The position numbers and the translations under genes are program-made. Shown piece by piece: positions 28,435-42,805 of a DNA stretch of 64,000 nucleotides. The DNA is from Balanoglossus misakiensis. Taxonomy: Eukaryota; Animalia; Hemichordata. How positions within the stretch are numbered: position 1 is the first letter of the stretch; the number at the start of each line of letters is the position of its first letter. The notes beneath the pieces were generated by a model. The model ran no database searches and had not been told where the DNA came from. It was given only the letters and a program-made list of their open reading frames with translations. Location of the stretch: contig CM082594.2 in NCBI GenBank assembly GCA_040954595.2, forward strand, positions 8,563,573 through 8,627,572, read 5' to 3'.

Positions 28435-31400
28435 TTAAGGCAATACTGTTATTTTTTTGGTCAGGCTTTGTTTCGGAAAGATAAAAGTTTTCATGATTGA
28501 GTCCAATTCTTCAAGAGCAAGACCTGCATGCATTCTGGTGATTTCATCCTTGTCGTGTTGAACTGCATACTTCAATATACTGTACATTTCCTTCATGACA
28601 TCTTGAAGGACCTGAATTCAAAACAGAAGTGTCACATAATTGTTATCAGGTCATTATAGTAATTATCAATGAAATCAGCAATAACACCATGTTATCACCA
28701 TACCTGTAAACTGTCATCTTGCAAAGAGTTGAGTAACTGTCGTATGACATGAACAGCTGCCCTGCGTACTTCACTCTCTTCATCCGTCTTGACAACATCA
28801 TGTACACAACTTATGATCTGCAAAACATTTCAATATTTGGTAAAAATTATCATGAAATATAAACATGTGGTTTATTTGTAACATGTAAGCAGAGGTGATG
28901 TACTCACTTCGTGTATGACTGGTGTTACAGCAACCTTAATGACGTAACAGACTTCAGCAACATTAGACAAACTGCTGGCTCTGATGCCTGGCTCACTGTC
29001 TTTGACACCCACCAACAATGTTGCAATCAGTGGTTTAACATAGGCTGGTAACATTGCTCCTGAAAAATGCAGGCAGAACTTTGTTAGCTGTGTAATACAA
29101 AAATCTGTAAGAGTGTTTCAAATGGCACAGGTGATTCGATGTACCCAGAAGGGGAATGAAACTGAAAGATTTACACTCACCAAGTACCCTTGCTGATCTG
29201 ACCAGGGCTTCTCCAATCTTCATCCTTGTTTCAATTCCCTCAGCACGGGGAGTGCTATCTGAAAACTGCTTGCACAGTATTGGTAAAACAGTCTGTGCTG
29301 ATATGTCGACCAACGCAACCACACCTTGAATAGCCGAGAGATACAGGAAGGAGTCATCACTTTCAAGACTCTCTTGAAACGCCTGAAAAAGTTTGTCCTT
29401 GTGACCCAAAGCCTCACTGTCTCTTTTTACCAGCAATTTGGTTAATGCTCTGATGGCGTGGGCTTTCACTGGTACACACGGATCTTTCAGCTGTTGACAA
29501 AGATCCTCAAATTCCACCTGCTTTTCACGGGCTTGGTCAGATCTTTGCTGACTTGCAACTGCAGTGGTCTCTCGTACATTGGATTGATCGATCTCCTGTT
29601 CTTTTCTGTCGGATTGCTGCATCTTTTCTCCTGGTCTGGACTCATTCTTGTTTCCTCTCGTTGTTTTGTTGAACGCTCTCTCCTGATGCTTGTCAAGGTT
29701 GGGTTTAACTGCACAGTGTGTCGCTATGGTGATATACAGATCGGCGGCCATTTGTTGAAGGAATCCATTTTGACAGACCTCCGACAGCCTTTTAAGCACT
29801 GAAGTCATTTTCTGAAATTTCTCTTTGACTTCGGACTCCATCTAGTAAAATCAGAATGTAAGATTGTTACCATGGATATATTTTCTTTGCCACCCAAAAC
29901 TAGACAGACTTCTTGTGTGACAACTGATGGAAATTTGAAGTGTCTGAGTCAAATGGTTTTTAAGTTGGAAATGGTCCTATAGTTTACTTTCAGTATGTTT
30001 TATTTACCTCTGTTGGTTGGTAAAGCATGGCTATTAAACCCAAGGTCATGGTCAAGGTGTCTGCTATCAGGGCATCCAGCTGTTCGACACTCTGCTCACA
30101 AATTTCACACATTCTCTGCAAGGTCGTCTCAGCAAACTCTAAAATATGCAGTGTTTGATGGAGCACAGCCGTTCCCAGCTCTTCACACATGGTCGATATG
30201 AGAGACAACACGTTCATAGCATGGTTGTACCTCTCGCTGATGTGATCCAAGTTCTTCTCAATTTCCAGCAGCGTTTTGCTCTCGGTGGTGTCTGCGGTCG
30301 CCCTGGGTGACCAGAAGTCGTCGGCAAGAATGGTTGACAGCTCCTGCAATACAGTTACATGAGCGGTCAAAGGGGTCAACCAATCGACGTTAGGGAGGGT
30401 GGGGTGATAACTATCTTAGGGGGTCAACAGGGCTGAACAATTGGATATGCTTACCTTGAGAACTTGAATGAAGAAATCAGCTGTTATAGATTCGTTATTT
30501 AAGACTTGAATGAGTTCCACCACACACTCCATTTTATTATTGCCAACATCTTCATCATTGTCATCAGAAGATTCTCTATAATGCCAAATATAAACAAAAA
30601 TGTTTACACCAGCAACATATATTGACAGAACTATTAGTAACACTTAATAATTTTCAGCACTTTGTCCAATAGTTTCTCACTCCGGTATTCTACTTGGACT
30701 TCATTTTTAATACACAAACGCAAACATCAAATGACTGAGACTTGCCTCTGAAAGTCAGTCATCACTACGGCAACATTACCCTCTGAGTCATTGATGAATT
30801 GTATGTCTTCTCTCAGCTGAGGTAGAGCAGCATTCAGTTCCACTGGTAATGCCAAACAATAAAGCAATCTGACACTGTCTGATGTCTTCTGACTTTTGAA
30901 AAACACTGAGAGAATGTCTCTCAAATCGGACCTCAGAAAATAAAAAAATAGTCAGTAAGAATACTAAAGAAATGCAGTCACATAGTAAATTTGTATATAT
31001 ATTATAGTGTTAAATTTTAAGAACTTTTGAATATGTACATTTGTAACTCCTAACCTTAGAGGAGATATCCCTTTCTTTGTGTGGCAGTATAAATGAAATA
31101 ATGGACATATAACTGGCTGAAGTGTTGTCCTCAGACTAGAGTTTGGGTCACCATTGTACATATACAGATGATGCATGTCTTTCAGACATTGGGACAGTTC
31201 CTTCTCATCAACTAAGATTCTGACACTGGAGTTCGGTGTATCTTCTGAAGCTGTGAGAAGAAAAACAATAAGAAAACTGTGAAGAAGCTGAGACCCATGT
31301 GACTATAGATGTGTCTGGTCAAAAACCAGATCAGCAACACCTACTATTTTGAACCATACACTGATATACTTCAGTGCTTTCTCTCACTATCTGATGCAGA

Positions 31401-33158
31401 CCACATGAATGACTGCTTACCAAGACACTTGTATAGTGGTTGCAGCAACGGCTGCACTATGAGTTGCTGAGTGACTGCAGGATGCTGGCTGTACATGGCA
31501 GTGATGCAGCTGGCACCGGTGTGACACATGGCAGCTTTCAGGGATTTGTCATTGGCATGAAATAAACCCAACACCTGAAAAAACAAATTGAGGGTTTACA
31601 CTGAGCAACTTTCCAGTACCACATGTAGTCATTGACCCCATTTGCAGTGGTGATCAATACATCTTTGTTATGATAATGTGATGCAAGTGATATGTTGAAT
31701 AAAACTATAACAAACCTGTTGAGAGATATGCTTGTAATAGTCTTCAGCAACAGGTATCTGTTTTGGACAATTGGCAACAAGTCTTCCAAGTCCTTCACAT
31801 TTCTGCCAATCTTTGCCACTTGCTGAGCCTATGGAAAACAATGCGTGAGATGTACTTTTGCTGGTTAATTATCAATCATGGTTAATTATCAATCATGCAC
31901 GATATGCAGCAATGGTTTTCTAGTCAGTTTCAAACTCACCTGTAGTGGTTTGCAAAGTACCCTTGATAATGGCTGTGACACCATTTGGTTTCAGGAGGAT
32001 ATCAGACAGGAGATTTCCACACACACGTTTCATCCACCTTGGCGCTTTGGGATGACTACCACTTTGAAGACACAGCAGTTCTTGAACCAACAATGGCTGG
32101 TATGTTCTCTCTAGTAACTTCTGAAGTTCTTGCTGACAGTACAGCTTATCATCTTCACTCAAGCCTGGTGGGGGTTTCGGTGGGTCATCTTCAGAGCTTG
32201 GTGGCACTTTCTTCCTGGGCGCATGGCATATTTGAAGAAGGCTTGCAAGAAGGTCACTCAAATGCTTCGTAAGAACGACAGCCGAAAGCGAAGTCACTTT
32301 AGTACTCCCAAGGATTGCCTTGATGCAGCAGATCAGCTGCACGTCGCAATCATGTGCAAATCTAGTCCTGTTCTCCACCAACGCAGCAAACCGGGATCTC
32401 TTGGCCAGTGGTATCCCAACACCAGGTATCAGGTTGGGACATATTCCCAGACATACTATGAACTGTACGAGAGACTCAACCATTTTCTGTGTGTTGACAC
32501 TTAGTATGGAACTTTGGCCATCTTTCAACGTTGTATCTATGAAAAGTTTTAGAACACATACACAGTACTGTGTGTACTTCCATGGAATATCTTGACATGT
32601 TCTTATTTGCTGCCATTCATAATTTGTCTCCAGTTCACTTAGAACCTCCTTGTAGTCCACCATTAATTTTTCATCAAATTCTGCTAACTTGGAAGCAAGT
32701 TGTTCCTGTAAATAGGATTGTGGAGATGAAGATGCACAGCCTGGAAAAAAGAGAAGTGTTGAGAAAAATGAATCAAATATATTTCATCACTGGACATGTG
32801 ACAATTAATAGACAAAAATAATGAATGATGACAGAGCTGAAAATACCTATTCTGCTGTTAACAAACCCACAATAGCTCATTGTGATATCAATTTAACTTT
32901 GTCATCTGAATGATCTCTGATCATGAGGCAATTAATTTCTGAAATGGATTATTGTCAGTTTCTGGTTCATATTATGTGTCCATCATAACGTACATGGTCA
33001 AGGCAGTGTCTATATCATATGGTGGATCCCAGCGAAATCGGACCAAGCGTAAGTCTTAAACCTTATCGGAAACTACTTCTGTTAAAGTTACCTATTGGTT
33101 TGGTGTCCGGTGATATTAAGAGTGCCATAGCTTGTTGTACTGCATCTAGGAAATCCAT
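28435..33158 (-). CDS. TANGO6: Transport and Golgi organization protein 6 (ARM/HEAT-like repeats)
   Basis: QFIVCLGICPNLIPGVGIPLAKRS; ADLYITIATH; DPCVPVKAHAIRALTKL; DDSFLYLSAIQG; ETRMKIGEALVR; IRASSLSN; C-terminus LEELDSIMKTFIFPKQSLTKKITVLP*. First exon 33092-33158. Confidence 0.92.
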
Positions 33159-33320
33159 TTCTGAGACAGCGATGTCTGGCCAACAGCTGATTCATATATA
33201 AACAGTGAACTGTGCGCCCTCAATCTATAAGGACTTCCGATGAAGGTCAAAGGTTAGACTCCAGACGTAACACGTATGCGCGTCTGTCTTGGAAGTCTTG
33301 GAAAGACCGGTACGGTAAGA
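33159..33320. promoter_or_regulatory. Very compact divergent promoter region TANGO6/DSEL with putative DSEL non-coding exon 1
   Basis: TANGO6 ATG at 33158 (-); + strand donor CG|GTAAGA near 33315; ETS-like ACTTCCG at 33233. Confidence 0.45.
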
Positions 33321-34066
33321 TTGGGACATTCTTATACAGTAAACCTGTCATGAAACGATATTTGATGATCACTTTCGTTAATACCCATGTATCCACGAAT
33401 TCTCAGGTGAATGTGAAGTTGCGATCGTGAATGGGAATGATTTTAGATCTCAATGCACTAGCCACCACACAGCGTTGGCTGTGGCTTACACAGTAGCTAG
33501 TTGCAGTTAGTTAGTGTGTGGACTGCATAAATTGCCTTCTGACCCAACAACAGGCAAAACCTAGAGCTGCAGTACTGCAGCTACAGTAGTACAAGTGGCC
33601 AGAACACAAACAGCCACTGATGCAGTGGTGACACACGTAACCATGGTGAGCTAGCTTCCATAATACAGACTACAGTACAGCTGATGTCATTTGTAAAGTA
33701 TACACCATGATCATGGGATCTGTAGTTTGAATCATGGATACTAGTATTAGATTTCATATTACATGTATTCTCTACGGGGATGCACCACTGACGAAGAAGC
33801 CTGACTTCTGATTCCCTCTGTTCAGACCCATTGTTTCTATCCAATTTGTAATCACAATAGTGTTTCACAGCACTAATTGTACTGTTGTTGGTGTGTGCAC
33901 AAAGGTGCTATTGTTCACACCCCCAGTGCCCACCGGAACCTCTTTTATTCATTAAAGTGGAAAGTAAAATATAAAAAAAAACATTTTCATGTGTTAACTT
34001 GTTCAACATGTGAATATGTGGATAAGTATTCATGTTTTTTTGTGTGTGTTTGCTCATATGCAGAGA

Positions 34067-37000
34067 ATGATAAAAGCTGCAATGAACTCCAAGATGGCGC
34101 ATATCGTATTGGCTCTCTCAGTATGCCTGCAGATCATGTTGGTGGAAAGGACTGTCGGATTGCAGATAACTGGGCGTTTCAAGACACATCCCCTGTTGTA
34201 CTTCAACGGCGAGGACATTCCATCATTACAAGAAAAGGCTGCAACAACTCACAGTCACCTGGCAGCCATTCTGAAAGATGCAGCCAAAGTTATGGTGTCG
34301 AACCCAGCAGGGTATCTACCCCCGACAGACTATGAAAAGTTTGGCGGTCGTTGGAATGAAGTCTACGGAAATAATCTCTGTGTGCTTGCATTCTACTGTG
34401 TGATCTATCCAGATGACGTCGCCAGTCGTGAATTAGCCATCAAGTTCATGGATAATTTATATGAACTGCCCCAGTGGCAAGTGGCTGACTTGCCCAAAGA
34501 CGAGGTGCCTGTCGCTCACACTTTCATAGGATTCACGACAGCTTTTGATTTCTTGTACAACCATCTGGATAAAGCCAGACAGACTAAGTTCTTACAGCGA
34601 ATCACGGACGTCACCAAGGAATTTGAACATTACGCAAAAGTCCGCTCCTGGGGACGGTTTTACCTGCAGAACCACGTTGCCACAAACTACCTAGCTTTTA
34701 TTCACGGTTGCATCGTTGTACAAGCGCACAATGACGTGGCTGATCCGTGGTTAAACTTTGCCGTCCAGAAGTTTGAGGGGACAATGTTCTTGCTGAATCA
34801 AATTGTGGATGGCTCACTCGATGAAGGAGTAGCATATGGCACGTACACAACCCGTTCTGTAACTCAATACATCTTCCTGGCCTTAAGACACTGGGGTATC
34901 GACCACACCAAAGATTACTGGATCAGTCAGTATTTCTGGTCCTTATACTACACAATGCTGCCAGGATTCCAAAGAAACGTCGCCATTGCCGACTCCAATT
35001 ATAATTGGTTTTACGGACCGGAGAGCCAGCTCGTGTTCTTGGATGCCTTTGTTCTGAAAAACGGCCACGGAAATTGGCTTGCTGAGGAAATCAGGAAACG
35101 TCGCTCGGACTACCCAGCGTCAAGCTCCCAGAAATGGTCAACCATTCACACTGAGTTTATATGGTTTGATCCCAGTATTCCAGCCAGACCACCCGTTGAA
35201 AATCCTGTCAGTAAATTACACGTTTTCAGTGACTGGGGAGTGAGTACCTGGAGTAAGTCTTCGCCGCAGGAAACGCACGATACATTTCTGGCGTTCAAGT
35301 CCGGCAAATTGCATGGAAGAGCCATATTTGACGTTGTCAACGGTCCGAGATATAAATCATGGGTTAGAGGATGGGAGAGTTTCAATCCTGGACACGAACA
35401 CCCAGATCAAAACATGTTTATCTTTGCTCCGAATGGACAGACATTTATAACAGATGCCTTGTATGCACCTAAATATACACATTTACAGAATGTGCTGATG
35501 TTTGCTCCGTCGGACACCAGTAAATGCTTGAAACCATGGGTGGGTCAGCTTGGAGAGTGTGAGAAGTGGTTGAAATGGAAGAATCCTGAGGTCAAAACAT
35601 ACGGTGGAGAAACAATCACATCAATGGCCACGGGTGGGTTAGTTCATATGAGTGGTGAAGCCAAAGATGCCTACCCTGCTGATCTTGGTTTGAAGAGTGT
35701 CTACAGAAATGTGGTGTTATTGAATCCTCATCTACTGTTAGTTGTAGATCGAGTCGAAAAGAGTCCCGAAAGTTCTCTGAAGTTAGCGAGTGCATTTTTC
35801 CACAACACTGAATTTCCGTTTGAAAGCGATCGGCTAAGTGAACATATCCAAGGGGCCAAGATCACTGTCGACAAGGAAGAATATCGCATGGCTTGGATCA
35901 AGCATGGAGGGGATAGTCCCGCGGCTAGTATTCAAGTCAACCAGAATGCCGCACAGTTTCAGAAACGGGAGTCCAAGTTTGTCAATGTTACGTTTGAATT
36001 ATTCAAACACGAGACAACAATGATGTACGTGTTTGCTTCACCGAAAGCAAAAGTACTGGACATTGCTTTCGCTGAAACCACCAAAGATGTTATAACAGCA
36101 GATGTAACAACCAGCCAACTGAACTACCGTGTCACCATGGTGACAGCACATGACAATCCTGTCATGCGCTACACAAAGTTAGGATTCAGTGGCTTTGCTA
36201 AAGTCACCTCAAATGACGGTCAAGTTATAGAGTTTGGGAGAAATGAGATGAGGAGAGTTGTTGCACCATCTCAAAACTCAGATGTGCTGTCTGGCGCAGT
36301 CGTCATCATAACAATGAGTATCATGGCCTTGCTCGCAGTTTTCTTGAAACTATATCGCTTGATAAGAAGTAGAGTCTTTCGGATAGTGTTTCTGCTGGCT
36401 ATATCTTCAGTTCTGACAACTCTGTTGTACAACATCTATGTCCTGCAACCAGGAAGAGTAGAGAAGCGATCAGTGACCAACAGGCGACTAGGATACAAGG
36501 TAGATTTACCAGACACTGTCATCACGTCTCTGCCGGGATCTGGGGCTGAACTTCTCAGTCAGATGTTCCAACATAATCCAGACTTCCTGTATCTAACAGT
36601 GCCATCCAAAGTTTTGAAAATGCCCGAGACGGAGATGAAGTTTGACAGCTTCATTGACGCTTGTGTTTGGGACGGTTCCGATCATTCAAGGTTCCCAGAG
36701 GCTGCCAAGTGGATGCAGTCTTTCGTGAGACAGCCCAGAGACTTCATCAAACCTGGTTCGGAAAATCTGTACGACAAGCAGACAGAGACGATCAATCTTG
36801 GAAATGAAAACACTGGTGACTCGCTGTCACCACTGAAACCCGGAGATGTCAACTATAAAGAATACACCAATGAGATGCTAGTTGCACACAGTAATCGCTA
36901 TCCATTTGCGCTGCCAGTGCTGGAACTGACAAGTGGGAGTTGGGCTATCAAGTTACCATGGTTACATCAGATAATGGATGAAAATCTTCGTAGTTTATAC

Positions 37001-37712
37001 GTGGTCTGTGACCCAAGGATGTGGATCAACAACTTGCTCATTGGTTCTCCATCGATCTATCAACAACTGAACATTCATCACTACCTACAGACTCTCTTGG
37101 AAGATGTTGACATGCAAGAAATTATGTGTAATTCACGAACTGGTTACGCACCTCAGTTTGAATCCGTGCGTCAGGTTCTTGGTTTGCGTGATGCACAGCC
37201 TCATCGCATCCTGGCACACCTGTGGCTGGCCTACACAGAAATAGTCATGGAAAATCAACAGCTACTGTCAGGAAAAATGAAGATTGTTGTATGGGAAGAC
37301 ATCATCAAAGATCCCGAAGAAAGCATTCGAGATGTCTATGAATTCATCGGCAAGTATTTCAACCATACTGATTTTTGCATGTCAGATCATTTCAGCCGGT
37401 AAATACATTTAGAGAAACAAAATTTACCATGGCCATGTAGATATCTCATTTCATTTTCCGAAGTCTTAATTATTTCTAGATGTTAACCTGTGTTACTTCA
37501 CCTTTCTTGCAGACATGCCATTACGCCCAATGATGTCCCATCAGATATTGCAAGCAACAAGAAGTGATGTATACACCATACCCTACCTCGGTGTTGTTGG
37601 TCAAGAAAGTATGCAGTACTGGAAAACGCAGTTGACATCGCAAGAAATAAAAGACATTGAACATATCTGTTCATCTTTAATGAAAAAGTTTGGTTACAAA
37701 ATGTGGCAGTAG
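34067..37712 (+). CDS. DSEL: Dermatan sulfate epimerase-like: epimerase domain, two TM helices, sulfotransferase-like domain
   Basis: Signal peptide; HPLLYF; epimerase motifs QNHVATN, DEGVAYGTYT, NPGHEHPDQN; two hydrophobic helices; VITSLPGSGAELL sulfotransferase motif. Large exon to 37349 joined through a GC-AG intron (37350-37512) to the terminal exon ending EIKDIEHICSSLMKKFGYKMWQ*. Confidence 0.93.
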
Positions 37713-38767
37713 AAGAGTGGAGATTTATTTCATACAGCCTTTTATACCCCACTTTTGTTTTATATTCTTTGAAAAGTTTTTATTTATTTTAAGACTAGTC
37801 ACAGGACAATTTTATATCTTGATCAACTCCTATTAACATAATTTCTTAGATCTTTATATGTGGTATTGCAAGCTGATGGAATGCAACACATATCTCTGAA
37901 ATCATATTTTGCTCAAGTGAATTAGCAACTCGTGTGTACTCAACAACTCTGTGTCATTAGTAAACAACATGTTCTTGTCAATAATTTTTTTGTGATCTAC
38001 GTTTGACTGGATAAAAGCTATCATTTACCAGAATTTGTATTTTTGAACTATGGTGCCTAATTATCTCACACTGGCCACAGCTTATCTATGTACTGCTGTA
38101 GTTTTGACTTACTGTGCCATAAAGTACATTGTTTTTTACCTTTTAATATTGTTTTATTATTTTTTTTCTGAATCAATTATTTGGACTTTGCTTGATCAAA
38201 ACTATGTGACAAGTGTTCTGTGTTTTTTTTTCAGAATCATCGTATTTTCCAACTCTGTGTAATGTTTTTAGTACTCAGTAATGTCAATATTGCCAACAGC
38301 TCTTATGAAATTGACTTTTTTTGTAAATAAAGATTTTTTTCAGATCCTCAACCTCCATCACACTTGATGTCCTGTGTCATCAATTTTTGTGTGTATGATG
38401 ATGAGGGTCACAACGTTTCAAAGGAGGTAATGTCGTGTGTGTTTAGAGTTTGAACTGAGATTGAAGAAAGCATGCCCATCAGAAATAAATATACAACGGA
38501 CTTCTCATTCCGGTGTGCAGACTACTTTATAAATATTCTCAAAATGTATTAAAAAGTGTAACATGACATCCATACCATATTTCTTAGAAAACAGTTCACA
38601 ACATTGTAATTATACATAAGACACATACATTACATGGCAGTATTAAGAGATTAAATGCAACTGTTTTGTTTTTATGTTGCATCTAACGTTTTCTACAATC
38701 TGTCTGATACACAGAATAGTCTACCATTTTTTTTACAACCCAGTAAATTTACTGGATACGCCAAGTG

Positions 38768-41700
38768 CTAATCAGATTTGAGATGTTCTTCATTTTGAAG
38801 CTCAGCTAGTCTACCTGATGGGTCTAAGGCACCCCTGCTCTCGTCCTCCTCATCCTCTTCCTCATCTTCGTCCATTTCGTCTTCATCGTACGTTTCAGTG
38901 GTGCAGATTGTGTAGCACATAAACGTGATCATCAATGTCGGAATGCTGACAACCAGTGAAGTGATAATCGGATGGTCCAGCCAGATATTCTGGAGACCAA
39001 ACAAAAGCATATTTTCATCCTCCATTTTGTATCCCGCCCTCCATTTTGAATAAATTATCTCTCTGCCAATCATTTCCCTGGTAGTGGAAGACTAGTTTTT
39101 TAATGGGTCAAAAAAACAAAATATTCTTACCACTGCTGATGAGATAAACTCGTAGAAAACACGATAGATTCTGCGTATAATACCATTACCACCATAAGCC
39201 TGTAAAAATAGTGTATACAGTGGGAATAAAATGCTGCATGTCAAGAAAATAGAACAATGTTCAAATTTTGAGAATCAATTAAACTATTTTAATTTGATAC
39301 ATGCAATTTCTATTTGTTCCATGTTATTTATTTTGATTGTAAAAGTCTGTGGGAATTACACTTACTACAGCAGTTCCATTTTTAACTTGAGTCAGGAAAG
39401 TTGACATGGACTGCAGTGTTATCTGGTTGGGTTGACCTCCCGGTTTGTAATAATGCTGAGTCAAGGGATCCAGTACAACAATACTTGGAACATTAACAGA
39501 ACTGAAATCAAACACAGATACATGCACTTTAAATTTCTTCCGACAATGCTAGTCTTTCAATTCATTTTAACTGGAAAATTCACATGTTTGAAATTAATGA
39601 GATGTGTTCCACAACATCCTACCTCATAATTATATTGTTGATGGCTTCTGGACCATCCATCCATGAAAACTGAAAGTCTCTGAAAGATACCAAAAAGTGA
39701 CAATGTCATAGCCATGTTTTGCCTTTTTCTGAGGTCATTTGGGGTCATTTCCATGGTGATGACAGATGCTGACTTACCTGTGGTAGGTCTCTCTGTGATG
39801 TAAGGCCATCTGTTCCAGTAATGTTCTAAGCCTATTTTGCTGGTATTGACTTTTAGTCTCCTTTTCGTCAAATACTCCAAGAACAAGAAGTTTTCCTGTA
39901 AATTGCAATTAAAAAAATCTGAATTTCAATATATGTAGTCTTCATTATATGATGTGGAATGTTCCGGTGCATTTTCTGGAGCAAAACTACAATCTTAAAG
40001 CAATGCCTCTATCTAACCTGATGCTGCTATTTCATGGAGATTCGAACTAGTGATTTTGATAAAAGCTGGTAACGATTCCGCGTTGATCCATTCCAATATG
40101 GATCCCATAGTGGGTAGATCATCAGCAGCTGAAACAAATCAAAACATCAATATTCATTCTTTGGTCTCTTTTTCATACCCAACTTTACCATTGGTGTATA
40201 AAATAACAATCATTCAGTATAGTTTGATGTGATTTGTCAATATGAATACTTACCTTGATAAGTGAAATATGTGCCATCTTTGAACACAACAACAGCTGGA
40301 AAATCTTTGATTTTATAATCACCAGGCAAAACGTCTGGCTTGCAGGCATAAAAAGAGTTTCCTATCACTTTATCTTCAGCAATTCTGTGGTACTTCTCCT
40401 GTGAATGTGAAAATAAAAATCAAACATCCTTTTTGACAACATCTTGTTTCAATACATGGTGAATAATAGTTCAATGAAAAGCAAACACACGAAAGAATAT
40501 GTAATCATCTGCTATACTCACATAAACAGGACAATTTTCATCTGATCCAGCGTAAAGGAAAAACAAGTCATTTTGACTCTTAGCGTTGTAAAATTGTGCA
40601 CGACTTTTGAGATGTTTTACAGCCGGTCTGAAATTTAAAAATAGACATTATCTGGTTAAACTTCACAGCTATGAATTAAATGCTACAACAGTACAGACAC
40701 AGCATAGTCCTTTGATTGAATACAGTACATATTCTTTAATTTCTTACCCTTTTGCTCTTTCTGCAAATTGTACTATATCTTCCTTTGTTCTGCTTCCCTG
40801 ATGGTTGTAGACTTTATCCCCTCGAATACTGGAAGGAGCAGTTACATGAAAAGTTATGTATTCTGTTTAAAGTTTTAAAAAAATTGAATGATAATAACTC
40901 TTCTTTATACTCACAATTTAATTGTAGGAAAACCTCGAACATTAAATTCATCAGCAACACCTGAAATTGAACAACATTATGATTTGATAGAAGATGATTT
41001 TTTCATTATTTTATATAAGTTTAAATTCTGATTCTGAGAACAGGCGTAAGTTCAAGCAAACCTTTCGGTGTTTCTCTCCAGCTAGAAAGTCAACGACTTT
41101 TCTCTTATTTTGAAATGACAGACTCTGGAGATCAACTCACTTGAGTATCTGGTGCAGTCCACTTTTGCAACTCTGATGTTAGAGCCTGGATACGACAAAG
41201 CCGATCCGACCTCTGACCATATCGGAGCAAGTCTTTTACAGTAGCCACACCAAGGGGCATAAAACTAAGGAAAAGGCAATGCAGAGGAAACCAATCACTG
41301 TTAGTATGAAACCTGCATAAAATTTCATTCTAATTTGTCAAAGATTTGTAAGTGTCAATTATCATTTATTTGGTGAAGGTGACTCAGTTTTAATATTCCT
41401 GAGAATAATACTCTCGGATGAAATTAATTTTATAATAACGATAATCCTCTATTGATATGATGATGTAAGTGATCTATATGAATATGGCTAATCAAATTCT
41501 TTATCTCATTTGGTTTTATGGAATTAAGCAATACTGATTCCATAATCATTTCCTGGTATTAACGTTCTATGAATACATACTTGTTCACAATTAGCATTTG
41601 AGCATGTGACTAATTTCCTGCAATTCACCGGTTAAGTACAATGTTTCCATGGCAATGAGTTCTATGAGTATCCTCAAGAATTATGAATACCTCACAAATG

Positions 41701-42279
41701 ACATCCTTCCTATGTTTTTTTCCAATTAAATAAATTATGCAGTAAATCATATTCTTCTTACCTGTACTAACCAATTGCCTTCATGTCTAGCTTGTAAAAA
41801 TCTAAAATAATAATCATGGAAAAAAATTCAGAAACAAAAATTAATTGTGCCTATAATATCATATACATGTATACAAGCCTTGATATTGTGAATATACAAT
41901 ACAGTTTTCTTTGTCTGAAGACTGGCTGTACTCTGGCAATCGTAGTGTTCGATCAGTGATACATCACACATGAAAAAAGTAATTGCTTTTTGTTTATTTC
42001 CAAGTGCGATTTCAAGAACCGTGTCTCTTCCAAAAGAAAAATTAATTACTCCAGATTCGCATGGTAATAATATGGAGAGTATGCCCACCTGTCATCTAAC
42101 TCAATAACATGTCCTTCCACAAACTGAAGTACAATACCTGAAATGGAAATCAGACTGGACCGTCAGTATCACCTATCAATGAAGAAGCGTCACGAAATCC
42201 ATGGGTGATAATTATCTTTTCCATACTCACAAATGAAACACGCGGCCGCCTGCAGCACATCATTCCTCATCATCAACAT
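38768..42279 (-). CDS. TMX3: Thioredoxin-related transmembrane protein 3 (PDI family)
   Basis: Signal peptide, [36 protein letters not shown], non-catalytic thioredoxin folds, GGNGI..RI.R, TM helix, acidic tail ending HLKSD*. Start ATG among 42279/42273/42270. Confidence 0.9.
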
Positions 42280-42805
42280 CGTTTTCAATGCAATCACATA
42301 AATACATGTATGAGGTCTGCTGCAAGCAAGATGAATATTCAGTGTGTGACCTTTGACCGACACAAAGAATTTGAAGTGGAATCGGATTTGCTTTTGAATT
42401 CTAAATTTATAATCTCGGAATACTCGAAATTTGTGGTATATTACTAGGATAATGCTTACTGATCGCATCCTTATTGTGCATTTGGTGGAATTTAGAGACA
42501 GACAACGTTTGAATTATTCTTCAAATGACCATTTGTGATTGGATGGGATTACTACTATTTCCATACTGGTTCTGATTCCAATGCTGGTTCCAGTTTCCCA
42601 TATCTCATTCCAAGAATTGTGTCTGTGGCTGCTAGGCTTAGCACCTTCTTAATTCAAACTACTGTAACTGAACCATTCGCTGTGTTTTCAACTACCCCAC
42701 AGTATATGTGAATATTGCAGCAAGTCAGCCTGTGAATTAGGTCAACAGCCTCTTTGGGAGTATACCATTTAATCACAAACTTAGGGTGTCAATTTGTTCC
42801 TCAAA

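Noticed and set aside
34010-37402. 1130-aa single-exon DSEL model
   Set aside because: It starts in intron sequence upstream of the acceptor at 34063 and runs into the GC-AG intron; the conserved C-terminus is at 37513-37712.
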